Virus record (IMG/VR): IMGVR_UViG_3300032282_002789
Strand: one strand, 5' to 3'
Length of the DNA: 34,248 nt
Source: an uncultured virus (IMG/VR IMGVR_UViG_3300032282_002789)
Lineage: Duplodnaviria; Heunggongvirae; Uroviricota; Caudoviricetes
Shown: in pieces, positions 24,002 to 32,600 of the stretch
How the letters are laid out: each line of letters starts with the position of its first letter
Position numbering within the stretch: position 1 is the stretch's first letter
Program-made: the position numbers and the translations under genes
The notes under the pieces: model-generated
Databases searched by the model: none
Seen by the model: only the letters and a program-made list of their open reading frames with translations
What the model was told of the DNA's origin: nothing

Positions 24002-24037
24002 TGTGCCTCCTGAGCATGAGGACGCAAAAACTGCTCA
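24002..24037 (+). ncRNA. H-type pseudoknot motif, copy 2
   Basis: Stem UGUGCCUC/GAGGACGCA; loop UGAGCA pairs with UGCUCA after AAAAC. Confidence 0.55.
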
Positions 24038-24062
24038 TCTAAACTTATGATAGGATCTGGGC

Positions 24063-24326
24063 ATGTCTAAGACCCAGGATAAGAAAAAACAAAGAAAAGA
24101 AGAACATGCTGAATTCTTATGGCATCAGGCTCAATTAAACGCCGCATACGCTAAAACCGAGTTGGACTTGGCGGTCCAAACCTTTAAGGATCTAAATAAA
24201 GAAATGAACGATGAACAAGTAAAAGCAACTGAAGAACAGACTAAAATTCAATATAATCGCATTGAAGAGTACTTGATGAGTGAAAAAGAAAAGTATTTAG
24301 AACGTATGGGTATCCAACAAGACTGA
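24063..24326 (+). CDS. Coiled-coil hypothetical protein
   Basis: 87 aa; TGaTAGGAT-N6-ATG. Confidence 0.7.
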   Translation: MSKTQDKKKQRKEEHAEFLWHQAQLNAAYAKTELDLAVQTFKDLNKEMNDEQVKATEEQTKIQYNRIEEYLMSEKEKYLERMGIQQD

Positions 24327-24364
24327 TAATAGTACCTAACCCGAGGGGGAATCGAGATAGGTTT

Positions 24365-24703
24365 ATGTTGATGAAAAGTTTAAATAACGTATTAATGCGT
24401 ATTGTTGCAGTATTTGCAGCAAGTGGTCTTGGAGTAATTGGTGCTGGTGCAATTGCTGGTATCTCGACAATCAAGGCTGTAACAGTTGCGGGATTAACAG
24501 CAGTTGCCGCAGTGGTTGAAAAATTGGCTCGTGCATTTATGGATGATGGAAAACTTACTCTTGATGAAATTAACGCAGCGTTTGCTACTGTTGATAAGGG
24601 TGCAAAAACGGTTGCTGATGTTGAAGTAGAAAATCGTCAAGCAGCAGATAAAGCAACTGCCACTGCACCTGCAGCAAAGTTAGACGATCCTAACTACAAT
24701 TAA
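24365..24703 (+). CDS. Membrane protein, holin-like
   Basis: Two hydrophobic helices followed by DDGKLT.DEIN. Confidence 0.6.
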   Translation: MLMKSLNNVLMRIVAVFAASGLGVIGAGAIAGISTIKAVTVAGLTAVAAVVEKLARAFMDDGKLTLDEINAAFATVDKGAKTVADVEVENRQAADKATATAPAAKLDDPNYN

Positions 24704-24879
24704 CGATTATCTGTCTTATAAAAACCGCCGCCTTTAAAAACGGCTGTAACAGGAGAGTAAATTCGGATTAGAGCGTAACCACATGATTCACAAAAGTACT
24801 TATTTTCTGGATCGTTAATACTACGTTCTTTTTCGTAATCAATGTCGCAGTGCATACATGCGTATGGATAAATTGGCAT
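24700..24879 (-). CDS. FmdB-family zinc-ribbon protein
   Basis: Hand-translated MPIYPYACMHC...CESCG...FKGGGFYKTD. Confidence 0.85.
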   Translation of the reverse strand: MPIYPYACMHCDIDYEKERSINDPENKYFCESCGYALIRIYSPVTAVFKGGGFYKTDNR

Positions 24880-25020
24880 TTAAGGGTGGGTGGTCATTAC
24901 GGAAACCATTTGACCACAATCGGTACAGGTCTCATAAGTTTTAGCGGTAAATGGGCATGAACTTTTTTCAGTACTAACATGTTTACACCAGAACGCTTTA
25001 ATTACATCAAGTAACTTCAT
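24880..25020 (-). CDS. Small zinc-binding protein (46 aa)
   Basis: Hand-translated FWCKH...SCPFT.KTY..C.DCG; AAGGAGG RBS. Confidence 0.7.
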   Translation of the reverse strand: MKLLDVIKAFWCKHVSTEKSSCPFTAKTYETCTDCGQMVSVMTTHP

Positions 25021-25076
25021 AATTATCCTCCTTGGTATGAGCATACACTACTAGATAAAGGGGGCAAAATATGACC

Positions 25077-25253
25077 ATGAACGGTAACTTATCCACAGCA
25101 CAATTTGCATCAAATCAATCAAGTATGACTAAAATGGGTGCTATGCCAATAAAAGATAAGTTTGACGGTGCAGCACCTCTTAAAGAATCTGGTAGTCAAA
25201 ATAGGATGTCACCGAATGCAAGTGCACCTTTGCCTAAGCCAGGGTTCTTTTAA
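25077..25253 (+). CDS. Small protein with NLSTAQF tag
   Basis: CAAAAT-N6-ATG favours the second ATG (MNGNLSTAQF). Confidence 0.6.
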   Translation: MNGNLSTAQFASNQSSMTKMGAMPIKDKFDGAAPLKESGSQNRMSPNASAPLPKPGFF

Positions 25254-25459
25254 TGCCAACTTCAATTGATACACACAAACCGTTGGACGTTACTGATCGA
25301 TGCGATAAATGTGGAGCACAAGCAATGGTTAGAGCAACTCTTGCAAATGGTGAACTGTACTTTTGTGGGCATCATGCACGAGACGTTGGATCTAAACTAG
25401 TAGGACAATCTTTAGTTGTATATGACCCTAATGAGGTGTTTAATTATGGCAGGAAATGA
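25253..25459 (+). CDS. Actinobacterial-type small zinc-finger protein
   Basis: DRCDKCGAQA...LYFCGHH. Confidence 0.75.
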   Translation: MPTSIDTHKPLDVTDRCDKCGAQAMVRATLANGELYFCGHHARDVGSKLVGQSLVVYDPNEVFNYGRK

Positions 25460-25808
25460 TTTCTATCGAACTGGTAAAGGAATTTTTGGTGGTCGTTACG
25501 GTTCTTACGGAAAATACGGTGTAAGTCCAGCAGCAAGTAATCTTTCTGTTCAATTTGATAATGCTGAAAATGTAGAAGAAACTCAACGCCGTAGATTTAA
25601 ACGAAAACGTGAATCTGGATATGTTGGTAATGGTTATTGGTTTGGAAACTATCCTTACATGATTGGTGCCATGGGTTCTTCAAATCCTGATGAAAATATT
25701 AAAGACCAAGATCAACCAATGAGTGATGCAAGCCAATCTGCTTCAGACACAAGTGGATTAGGTAGTGGTGGAACAGCCGCTGGGTTTGTTGGCGGGTTAG
25801 GTAGTTAA
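25446..25808 (+). CDS. Gly-rich hypothetical protein
   Basis: Likely start MAGNDF at 25446 (GAGG upstream); internal NLSVQF. Confidence 0.65.
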   Translation: MAGNDFYRTGKGIFGGRYGSYGKYGVSPAASNLSVQFDNAENVEETQRRRFKRKRESGYVGNGYWFGNYPYMIGAMGSSNPDENIKDQDQPMSDASQSASDTSGLGSGGTAAGFVGGLGS

Positions 25809-26041
25809 TGGACTCTGTATTTGGCTCAGAAAAATTAAATCGTAAACCATTAACAGTTAATCCAAACCGTCGTACTAGAAAACAAGAATTTAATTTTAAT
25901 AGTAATTTAGGGTTTAAATCAAAAGCAAATCCAAACATTGTTTCTTGGGCATCTCGTGGTAAAGGTGTGCAAGGTGAAACTGTTAATTCTCAAAATAACG
26001 CCAGTAAGTTAATCATAAATAAGAATTGGAAACCGCTATAA
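25808..26041 (+). CDS. Basic hypothetical protein
   Basis: 77 aa, TAATG coupling. Confidence 0.6.
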   Translation: MDSVFGSEKLNRKPLTVNPNRRTRKQEFNFNSNLGFKSKANPNIVSWASRGKGVQGETVNSQNNASKLIINKNWKPL

Positions 26042-26075
26042 TCTAATACGGGCCTTACTATTCCGAGGGGAATAA

Positions 26076-28463
26076 TTGAGAGAACTGCGTACATTCGCAG
26101 CACTATCTGTAGTATTAAAAACTGGAAGACTATTATTATGTGGGGGAATAGTTACTCTATTCCTTATTTTTGGCATGTCTCAAAGTGCCTATGCAACAGA
26201 CCCATCATCTGTTGAGCAAGTTATTGTTAGCCCTGCTCAACAAGCAGTTAATTCTTTTTTAGATACAGCAACAGTACAAGTTCAACAGGCTATTGCAGCC
26301 ACGGATACAGCAACAGCCACGATAGCAATAGCACAAACAGAATTAGTGCAGGCTCAAACAGCGGTAGAGACGGTGACTGCAACTGTAGTAACAGCACAGA
26401 CAACTATTGCCTTAATTGATACAGCAACTGCAACAATAAATGCTATTGATTTAACTACTTCTTCAATAAATCAAGGCTCACCAGTAGTTCGAGATGCTAG
26501 AGATACTGTAATTAATGCTCAAATGGCTATTAATAATATTGGTACAACAACGGCACAAACAGAAATTTCTCAAGTAGTTACAGCAAGAGCATCGGCTATA
26601 ACAACACAGACAGCCGCACAAACAGAGTTAACTGAAGCAAATATTGCTATTGATAATGCTCAAACAGCAGTTAACAATTTACAAGCAACTATTGGAACTA
26701 GTACAAATGTTTTGGCTGGTGTAGATGATGCTGGAATTAGAATGAATCTTCCATTTGGAATGCAAATGGGTGGAACTGTTTATACCAATGTTTATGTCGG
26801 GTCTAATGCAACAATAACGTTTGGAGTAAATGAAGGATCAAATTATTATTCAACTCCAAATGCCCCATCTGTTTCTATTGCTGGATGGGATTGGACAACC
26901 TGGAGCACAGGAACTGGAATTACCTATGCAACTACTGGAACAAGTTTAGATATTGCTTGGGATGTAAGACCTTTTCCACAACAAGATGCATCAACTCAAA
27001 TGGTTCAGGTAAGATTTAATGCTGATGTTAATCCAAATGATGGTGCTTGGATGGCAACTGTTAGTGCTAATGGTCCAATACCTAATGGTGCAAGATTTAA
27101 TTACAGAGAAACAAGAAACGGGAATATAACTAATATTGAAGATACAAATTCTGGATCAGGATTCAATGGGCAAGTCAGTCAAGGCAATACCTTTACGCCA
27201 TATGTAGATCCTAATACCTCAACAGTTCAAGCAGCAGTAGATGCTGCAAACGCTATTATTTCACAATTAAACTCAAGTCTTACTCCAGTAGTGGCTCAAA
27301 ATACTTTAAATAACTCCGCTAATGCTGCATTAGGATCAAGCATAACAGTTTTAAACAACGTTTTAAATTTGGCAGAAACAACAAAAACAAATCTTCAGTC
27401 AACGTTAACAATTAAAGCAGAAAATTTAAACTCTGCAATTAGTTTAATTCCTTTAGTTCCTGTTGCTATTGTGGTTCCTGCGGCTCCAGAACCTCCACTT
27501 GCGCCTCCTCCTGCACCAGAGCCAGTCGCACCTTCTCCAGTTGTAATTCCTGATCCAACTCCTCCAATTCAACCAGAGCCAATTGTTGTAGAAGTTCCTG
27601 ATTTTCAACCAGTACCTGTTGAGCCACCTTCTGAACCTGTTCCTGTCGCTCCCGTTGAAGAAGCGCCACAACCAACCCCAGAACCTGATGTTGCTCCTGC
27701 GCCAGAGCCTGAAGTCGCTCCCGAGCCTGTTCCAGAGCCTCAACCAATTCCCGATGTTGCACCTGAACCACCCCTAACTGTAGAAGAACTTGGATCCATC
27801 ATAGATGATTTAGTTAGTAATGGCGAACTATCTACATCTGATGCACAAGCAATTTTAGATACTTTAAACGCAGATGGAGAAATTACCTCGGATGAAGTTA
27901 ATAATCTATCTGATGTTTTATCCGCAGATGGCACTTTTACAGATGCTGAAAAAGCATTAGTTGCAGATGCTCTTATCGAAGCAGCACAGGGTGAAGCGGT
28001 TACTGCTAACGATATAAAAGAGGCAGGACTTACATACTCTGATCTTCCAGCAACAACTCCTGTAGAGGTTCGCCAAGATGAAAACGGTAATGAAGTTATA
28101 ATTGTTGCAGAAGTTGCTGCAGCCTTACAAGTCTTGGAGTCTCCTTCAGAATTAGTTAGTGCAATATTTAACGACCCAGGTCAAGTTCTTCTTGCATTGG
28201 GAAGTATCGGTGCTGATATGAGTCCACAAGAACGTGAAGAAGCAACAAAGATGGTTGTTGCAACAGTCATTGCTTCTGGAGCAGCAATTAACGCTGCAAC
28301 AGTAGCAGCAACTAGTGCAGCAACTAATGCAGCAACATCTGCGGCTACAAATGCCGCAGGTACAACAGGGGGCGGTACAGCACCAAAAAGTGGTGGAGGC
28401 GCTGGCGGTCCTGCCGCTGGTAACGACAAACCAAAGAGAACGTTTAGGAGACGTACTAAATGA
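26076..28463 (+). CDS. Large secreted/membrane protein: coiled coil, beta domain, Pro-rich linker, acidic helical domain
   Basis: Signal/TM ending AYA; A/T/Q heptads; DD...LPF...YTNVYVGSNATITFG (nidogen-like); PEP repeats; start uncertain. Confidence 0.8.
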   Translation: MRELRTFAALSVVLKTGRLLLCGGIVTLFLIFGMSQSAYATDPSSVEQVIVSPAQQAVNSFLDTATVQVQQAIAATDTATATIAIAQTELVQAQTAVETVTATVVTAQTTIALIDTATATINAIDLTTSSINQGSPVVRDARDTVINAQMAINNIGTTTAQTEISQVVTARASAITTQTAAQTELTEANIAIDNAQTAVNNLQATIGTSTNVLAGVDDAGIRMNLPFGMQMGGTVYTNVYVGSNATITFGVNEGSNYYSTPNAPSVSIAGWDWTTWSTGTGITYATTGTSLDIAWDVRPFPQQDASTQMVQVRFNADVNPNDGAWMATVSANGPIPNGARFNYRETRNGNITNIEDTNSGSGFNGQVSQGNTFTPYVDPNTSTVQAAVDAANAIISQLNSSLTPVVAQNTLNNSANAALGSSITVLNNVLNLAETTKTNLQSTLTIKAENLNSAISLIPLVPVAIVVPAAPEPPLAPPPAPEPVAPSPVVIPDPTPPIQPEPIVVEVPDFQPVPVEPPSEPVPVAPVEEAPQPTPEPDVAPAPEPEVAPEPVPEPQPIPDVAPEPPLTVEELGSIIDDLVSNGELSTSDAQAILDTLNADGEITSDEVNNLSDVLSADGTFTDAEKALVADALIEAAQGEAVTANDIKEAGLTYSDLPATTPVEVRQDENGNEVIIVAEVAAALQVLESPSELVSAIFNDPGQVLLALGSIGADMSPQEREEATKMVVATVIASGAAINAATVAATSAATNAATSAATNAAGTTGGGTAPKSGGGAGGPAAGNDKPKRTFRRRTK

Positions 28464-28627
28464 TAAAACTACTTAAAGATATGGTTGACCAACTATGGAC
28501 ACTCCTAGGGATGTTCATTGCTTGGGTTGTGCTTGATGGAAGTGCAAAAACTATCGTTGGTTATGCAATTTTAGCAACACTAGTTGCATGGGCAATTACG
28601 TATCCCCTGCGTAATCGACAGGATTAA
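28460..28627 (+). CDS. Small two-TM membrane protein (55 aa)
   Basis: Hand-translated DQLWTLLGMFIAWVVLDGSAKTIVGYAI; ATGA overlap; AGGAG RBS. Confidence 0.75.
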   Translation: MIKLLKDMVDQLWTLLGMFIAWVVLDGSAKTIVGYAILATLVAWAITYPLRNRQD

Positions 28628-28669
28628 GGGACCATTTACTCCGAGGTTGGGCATTTTGTAAGGAGAAGT

Positions 28670-28864
28670 ATGGATAAGAAAGCACTACAAGCAGCAGCAG
28701 CCACGTACCTACGTGCAGCAGGTGCCGCATGTGCCGCTCTATACATGAGTGGTATTACTGACCCAAAGACTTTAGCAAACGCTTTTGTTGCTGGTCTTCT
28801 TGGCCCATTAGCCAAGGCACTTAATCCAAAGGATGCGTCCTACGGATTAGGCGCTAAGAAGTAA
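28670..28864 (+). CDS. Putative holin
   Basis: 64 aa, two amphipathic or hydrophobic helices, ALNPKD..YG end; AAGGAG RBS. Confidence 0.6.
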   Translation: MDKKALQAAAATYLRAAGAACAALYMSGITDPKTLANAFVAGLLGPLAKALNPKDASYGLGAKK

Positions 28865-28888
28865 CTTCAAGAAAGGCAAAAAAATCGG

Positions 28889-29260
28889 ATGACCAATAAC
28901 ATGATAATTACTATCTTTGCAACGGTTGGAGTAATAACCGCAGCCCTGCTAGGACTTCGTCAGTTACTACAACCTTACAAAGATAAGGCAGATTTATTCA
29001 TGAGTTGGTTTGAAGATTTTAAACGAGATTGGTCTGGAGAAGAGGAGTCTCCAGGCCGAGATCGTACTGCAGGAGTAATGGAGAGATTAAATCGCCTTGA
29101 CGGAGAACTTTCCAGTAATGGTGGAAAGTCAACAAAAGATGTAGTAAATAAACTATATGATAACCAGGGAATCCTCATGGAGGCCTTTGTAGAGATGGGT
29201 GAACGTCTTATTAGTATTGAAGAATCTCTAGCAGTTACCAAGTCTGACCAAACGATATAG
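28889..29260 (+). CDS. Membrane-anchored coiled-coil protein
   Basis: N-terminal TM; DW.GE...PG...GVMERL...NGGKS.KD.V pattern typical of actinophage lysis-region proteins. Confidence 0.7.
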   Translation: MTNNMIITIFATVGVITAALLGLRQLLQPYKDKADLFMSWFEDFKRDWSGEEESPGRDRTAGVMERLNRLDGELSSNGGKSTKDVVNKLYDNQGILMEAFVEMGERLISIEESLAVTKSDQTI

Positions 29261-29274
29261 GGGATGATAGACCT

Positions 29275-29658
29275 ATGAGTTATTCAATTGGTAAGGGTCC
29301 TAATATATTTAGGAAAGGATTAGAACTGTCTAAAAAAACAGTTGCTACTCCTATGCAGGAACACAATGCATACCAATCATCCAATATAGAACACGCTTTA
29401 ATGATGGGTTCCGTTAATTACGAAGCAACTAAACGGCACACTGCTCAGCAGGCTCGTCTTACTGAAAGATCACGAGTAACTGAGGATAAAAGAAAAACAG
29501 AATTTTTTAGTAACATGCATAACATGGCAGAACCAGGTAAGCCAGTATCTTTTAAACATGGAGATGTACAAGCAAGTTATACTCCTAAGATGCCAACTAT
29601 TCAAAAACCAGGAAGAGTGCCTGTTAAGAAGAACAGGGGCGGAAAGAGACCGCAATAA
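29275..29658 (+). CDS. Hypothetical protein
   Basis: 127-aa ORF. Confidence 0.65.
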   Translation: MSYSIGKGPNIFRKGLELSKKTVATPMQEHNAYQSSNIEHALMMGSVNYEATKRHTAQQARLTERSRVTEDKRKTEFFSNMHNMAEPGKPVSFKHGDVQASYTPKMPTIQKPGRVPVKKNRGGKRPQ

Positions 29659-30008
29659 TGGCTGGGGCAATAGATAAAGGTCACAAATCGTATGACGACT
29701 TCAACTCTGGATATAATTCTCGTCAGAATCCATTAACTGCTATTGATAAAAAGATTTTAAATTTTGCTGTACGTGTTTCTAACAACCCAACTATTAAGAC
29801 CCACGGACAAATCCTAAGAAATTTTGGAATGCATCCCCCAGAGTTTTGGACTAAAGCCCAAAATCTTTCAGATCATCCAGAGATTGACCCACAAATGAAA
29901 GAACAACTCTCTAAGGTATTCCCAGACCCATCTCGTCCAGGACCAATGGGTGGCGGAGCAGATGTAGACACAGAGAGTAAAAAGTTCTCTCACGGATTGG
30001 AGTGGTAA
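29658..30008 (+). CDS. Hypothetical protein
   Basis: 116-aa coupled ORF. Confidence 0.65.
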   Translation: MAGAIDKGHKSYDDFNSGYNSRQNPLTAIDKKILNFAVRVSNNPTIKTHGQILRNFGMHPPEFWTKAQNLSDHPEIDPQMKEQLSKVFPDPSRPGPMGGGADVDTESKKFSHGLEW

Positions 30009-30257
30009 ATGAAATGTGCTAATTGTGATAAAGAAGCAATGTATGAGTATCAAATTGCAAAAAATAGTTCTATATTTTATTGTGGTAAGGATCTACCAAA
30101 GTTTTTAGATGCCAGACGACGTGCTGGGTTATTAAAAATTACAAAAGAATACACAGAGGCAAAAGAGAGTGCGTTAGAAACTCTTGCTGTAACTCTATCT
30201 GAATTACCAGAAGAACCTAAACCAGTTAAGAAGGCTCCAAAAAAGTCGGAACAATAA
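30009..30257 (+). CDS. Zinc-finger hypothetical protein
   Basis: CANC...YC; GGAG RBS. Confidence 0.7.
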   Translation: MKCANCDKEAMYEYQIAKNSSIFYCGKDLPKFLDARRRAGLLKITKEYTEAKESALETLAVTLSELPEEPKPVKKAPKKSEQ

Positions 30258-30494
30258 ATGAAGGTTATTCGCAAATTTGCGGTACAAGGTCATTACATCC
30301 CAAAATCATCCCATAGTCCAAGAGGACCCTTTCCTCCAGAGGTTCTGGCTGAACCACAGATGGATCAGAGTGAATATCACTCCGATTCTTTACATGTAGC
30401 CTTAGATGATGTTCATTTCTTCAGATGTAAGGAATGTGAAACTATTCTAGAAACAGCCGAACTTGAAGACCATAACTGTGAGGATTTTAAGTAG
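30258..30494 (+). CDS. Zinc-finger hypothetical protein
   Basis: FRCKEC...HNC. Confidence 0.7.
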   Translation: MKVIRKFAVQGHYIPKSSHSPRGPFPPEVLAEPQMDQSEYHSDSLHVALDDVHFFRCKECETILETAELEDHNCEDFK

Positions 30495-30552
30495 ACTTAA
30501 GTTGCCTCTAAGCGCATGAGGTGAACAATTACTCTCTAGAGAAAGAAGAACA

Positions 30553-31209
30553 ATGGCTACAAATAATAACGGTAATCTTCTTGATACCGCAGGTGAGGTC
30601 GCAATTGACTTTGTGTGGGGAAATTTCCCTATTCAACCAAACGATGCTCGTCCAAACACAACAGCAGAACGCCTAGACCCAGCACTTGATAACCACATCA
30701 TTGCTCTTTCAGGTTGGGGCGGATACCCACAGTTTACAGCAAACTCAGCAGGCGAAGATGTAGCAGGTTCAACTGACTACGTACTCGTACCATCAGTAAT
30801 TGGTCTTACAACAGCACTAGCAACTGACGCAATGAAGGACGCATCACTCGTTCCTACAACTGCATCAGCAGCAACTAACGCTGCTAAGTCAATCTCAGCA
30901 GCATCTCGCACAGCAGGTTCTAACACATTGACTTTGACAACTGGTGCAAGCCACGGTTACTCAGCAGGTCAACTTGTTACAATCACTAGTGTCGATGCTT
31001 CAGCAAACGGAACATGGGTTGTTTCAGGTGGTTCAGGAACAACACTTACTGTTGGAACAACACCAACAACATCACTCTCACTTACTGGTCTTACAGGTTC
31101 AGTAGTTGCAGTTGCTGGAACAATCAAGACTCAATCTGTAGCAGCAGGACAGAACAGCGTCGTTCCAGGTGCAGCAGTAACAATCACTCCTTGGGCAACA
31201 GCGTCCTAA
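30553..31209 (+). CDS. PASTA-like domain protein, probably virion-associated
   Basis: VPSVIGLT...A..A and GTIKTQSVAAG...VTIT halves; biased codon use suggests high expression. Confidence 0.65.
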   Translation: MATNNNGNLLDTAGEVAIDFVWGNFPIQPNDARPNTTAERLDPALDNHIIALSGWGGYPQFTANSAGEDVAGSTDYVLVPSVIGLTTALATDAMKDASLVPTTASAATNAAKSISAASRTAGSNTLTLTTGASHGYSAGQLVTITSVDASANGTWVVSGGSGTTLTVGTTPTTSLSLTGLTGSVVAVAGTIKTQSVAAGQNSVVPGAAVTITPWATAS

Positions 31210-31226
31210 TTAGTTAGGAACTTAAT

Positions 31227-32036
31227 ATGGCTCGTGTAGCAGGCGGGGGATCAGCCCGTGGTAAAAAAGCGGCTCTCCCGTCTGCACAAGAGTTACAGCA
31301 AGCAATAGGAGCAGGTTCTGTCTACGGGTTTTCTCAAAAGGAAACCCGTGGAATGTTTAATATCTTAGGACAAAGTCCATTTTCAGGATTACCAACCGCC
31401 GCATCTAAAGGCGAGTTCTTTGAAACTATATCTTTATTAAATACCAATGAATCAATGCGTTACTATAATCCACAATCAACAAGTACCGCATCGTCTAGAA
31501 ACTTAGCAGGACAAGCACTGGCCCCAGGATTAGACAGCGATGTCTATTACATAAACTCTCAAGGAGAGTTTGTTGATCGTTCTGCTTATCGTCAGTCTTA
31601 CGATGTTGATGAGGATACGGGTGAATTAATTGTTCCTGGTGAACAGGGTCCTCAACAGGGTGAGCCTACTGCACCAGCACCACTATCAGTTGTACCAACT
31701 TCTACAACCAATCCAGATCGTCCACGCACCGTTGCTGCTGGATATGACAAGGGCCGTGAAGTAATTACTGTAGTATTTCGTGATGGAACTTTCTATAATT
31801 ACTACGAAGTGAGCCCCGTTCAGTGGCAGGCATTTAAATCTCGTGTATCAAAAGGACAATTTATTTATCAAGAATTGGATTATCACCCACGAGGTCCAGC
31901 AGATATGAATAATGTTCCGTCATATGCACGTCAATCTTTGTATAAGTTGACTCGTGCACTACAATTAAAGAATCAAGGCAAACAAAATGCCAGTGGAAAA
32001 AAGAGCCAGAGTACAAAACGACCAAAGAATAGGTAA
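31227..32036 (+). CDS. KTSC-domain protein
   Basis: AGYD....ITVVFRDGTFYNYYEV....W..F....SKGQFI. Confidence 0.8.
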   Translation: MARVAGGGSARGKKAALPSAQELQQAIGAGSVYGFSQKETRGMFNILGQSPFSGLPTAASKGEFFETISLLNTNESMRYYNPQSTSTASSRNLAGQALAPGLDSDVYYINSQGEFVDRSAYRQSYDVDEDTGELIVPGEQGPQQGEPTAPAPLSVVPTSTTNPDRPRTVAAGYDKGREVITVVFRDGTFYNYYEVSPVQWQAFKSRVSKGQFIYQELDYHPRGPADMNNVPSYARQSLYKLTRALQLKNQGKQNASGKKSQSTKRPKNR

Positions 32037-32038
32037 CA

Positions 32039-32437
32039 ATGCCAAAGGTGCACAATATCGGACCCAAGTACTTTGTTCAGTTTACTAATTTCCCATTTAA
32101 GTGGGGGTTCAAGGTTATAGTTCGTGGTTGGACTCAAGAGATAGAGCCGCCATATAGGACATCCACACCTTATATAGTACGATTACCTAGGTATAAAGCC
32201 TTGGCCCTTGGCAAATGGGAAGGTACAAGAACAGAGGAAGAAGCATTAAACTTGGCACTAGAAAGGCGGGATTTAACTTACGATGATTTTTCAGAAGAAG
32301 CAGGTTGGACACCAGCCCCAGACTCGGATAGAGAAGCGGGTGGCAACAATCCCTACTCCAGATTTGATTTCATGGATGGAGCAGTCGATGTATACGATTG
32401 GCAAACATATTACAATCTGGCAAAGACAGCAGAGTGA
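32039..32437 (+). CDS. Hypothetical protein
   Basis: TQEIEPPYR..P motif; 132 aa. Confidence 0.65.
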   Translation: MPKVHNIGPKYFVQFTNFPFKWGFKVIVRGWTQEIEPPYRTSTPYIVRLPRYKALALGKWEGTRTEEEALNLALERRDLTYDDFSEEAGWTPAPDSDREAGGNNPYSRFDFMDGAVDVYDWQTYYNLAKTAE

Positions 32438-32525
32438 ATCAGACCTTGATGAAATTCTCATGGGTGCGGAAGCATTCCAAGCAATTGCTAGGGAATTAAA
32501 ACGACGTTCTAAAACTGTGTTATGA
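32283..32525 (+). CDS. Small helical protein upstream of terminase
   Basis: 80 aa, amphipathic helices (LDEILMGAEAFQAIARELKRR); GAAAGG upstream; overlaps the previous ORF. Confidence 0.6.
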   Translation: MIFQKKQVGHQPQTRIEKRVATIPTPDLISWMEQSMYTIGKHITIWQRQQSESDLDEILMGAEAFQAIARELKRRSKTVL

Positions 32526-32553
32526 TTAACTGTCTTACTCTCTTACAGGTCAG

Positions 32554-32583
32554 GCGTTAACCCATCCCAGTGATGGGTTTCGC
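32554..32583 (+). promoter_or_regulatory. Stem-loop in the terminase leader
   Basis: GCGttAACCCATC-ccagt-GATGGGTTtCGC. Confidence 0.45.
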
Positions 32584-32600
32584 TATTTAATAAGGACACT

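Noticed and set aside
27453..27934. Minus-strand ORFs over the Pro-rich linker
   Set aside because: Antisense shadows of repetitive CCN/GAR codons
30501..30542. Third copy of the pseudoknot motif upstream of the PASTA-like gene
   Set aside because: It has the GCCTC/GAGGT hairpin but lacks the AAAACTGCTCA partner strand
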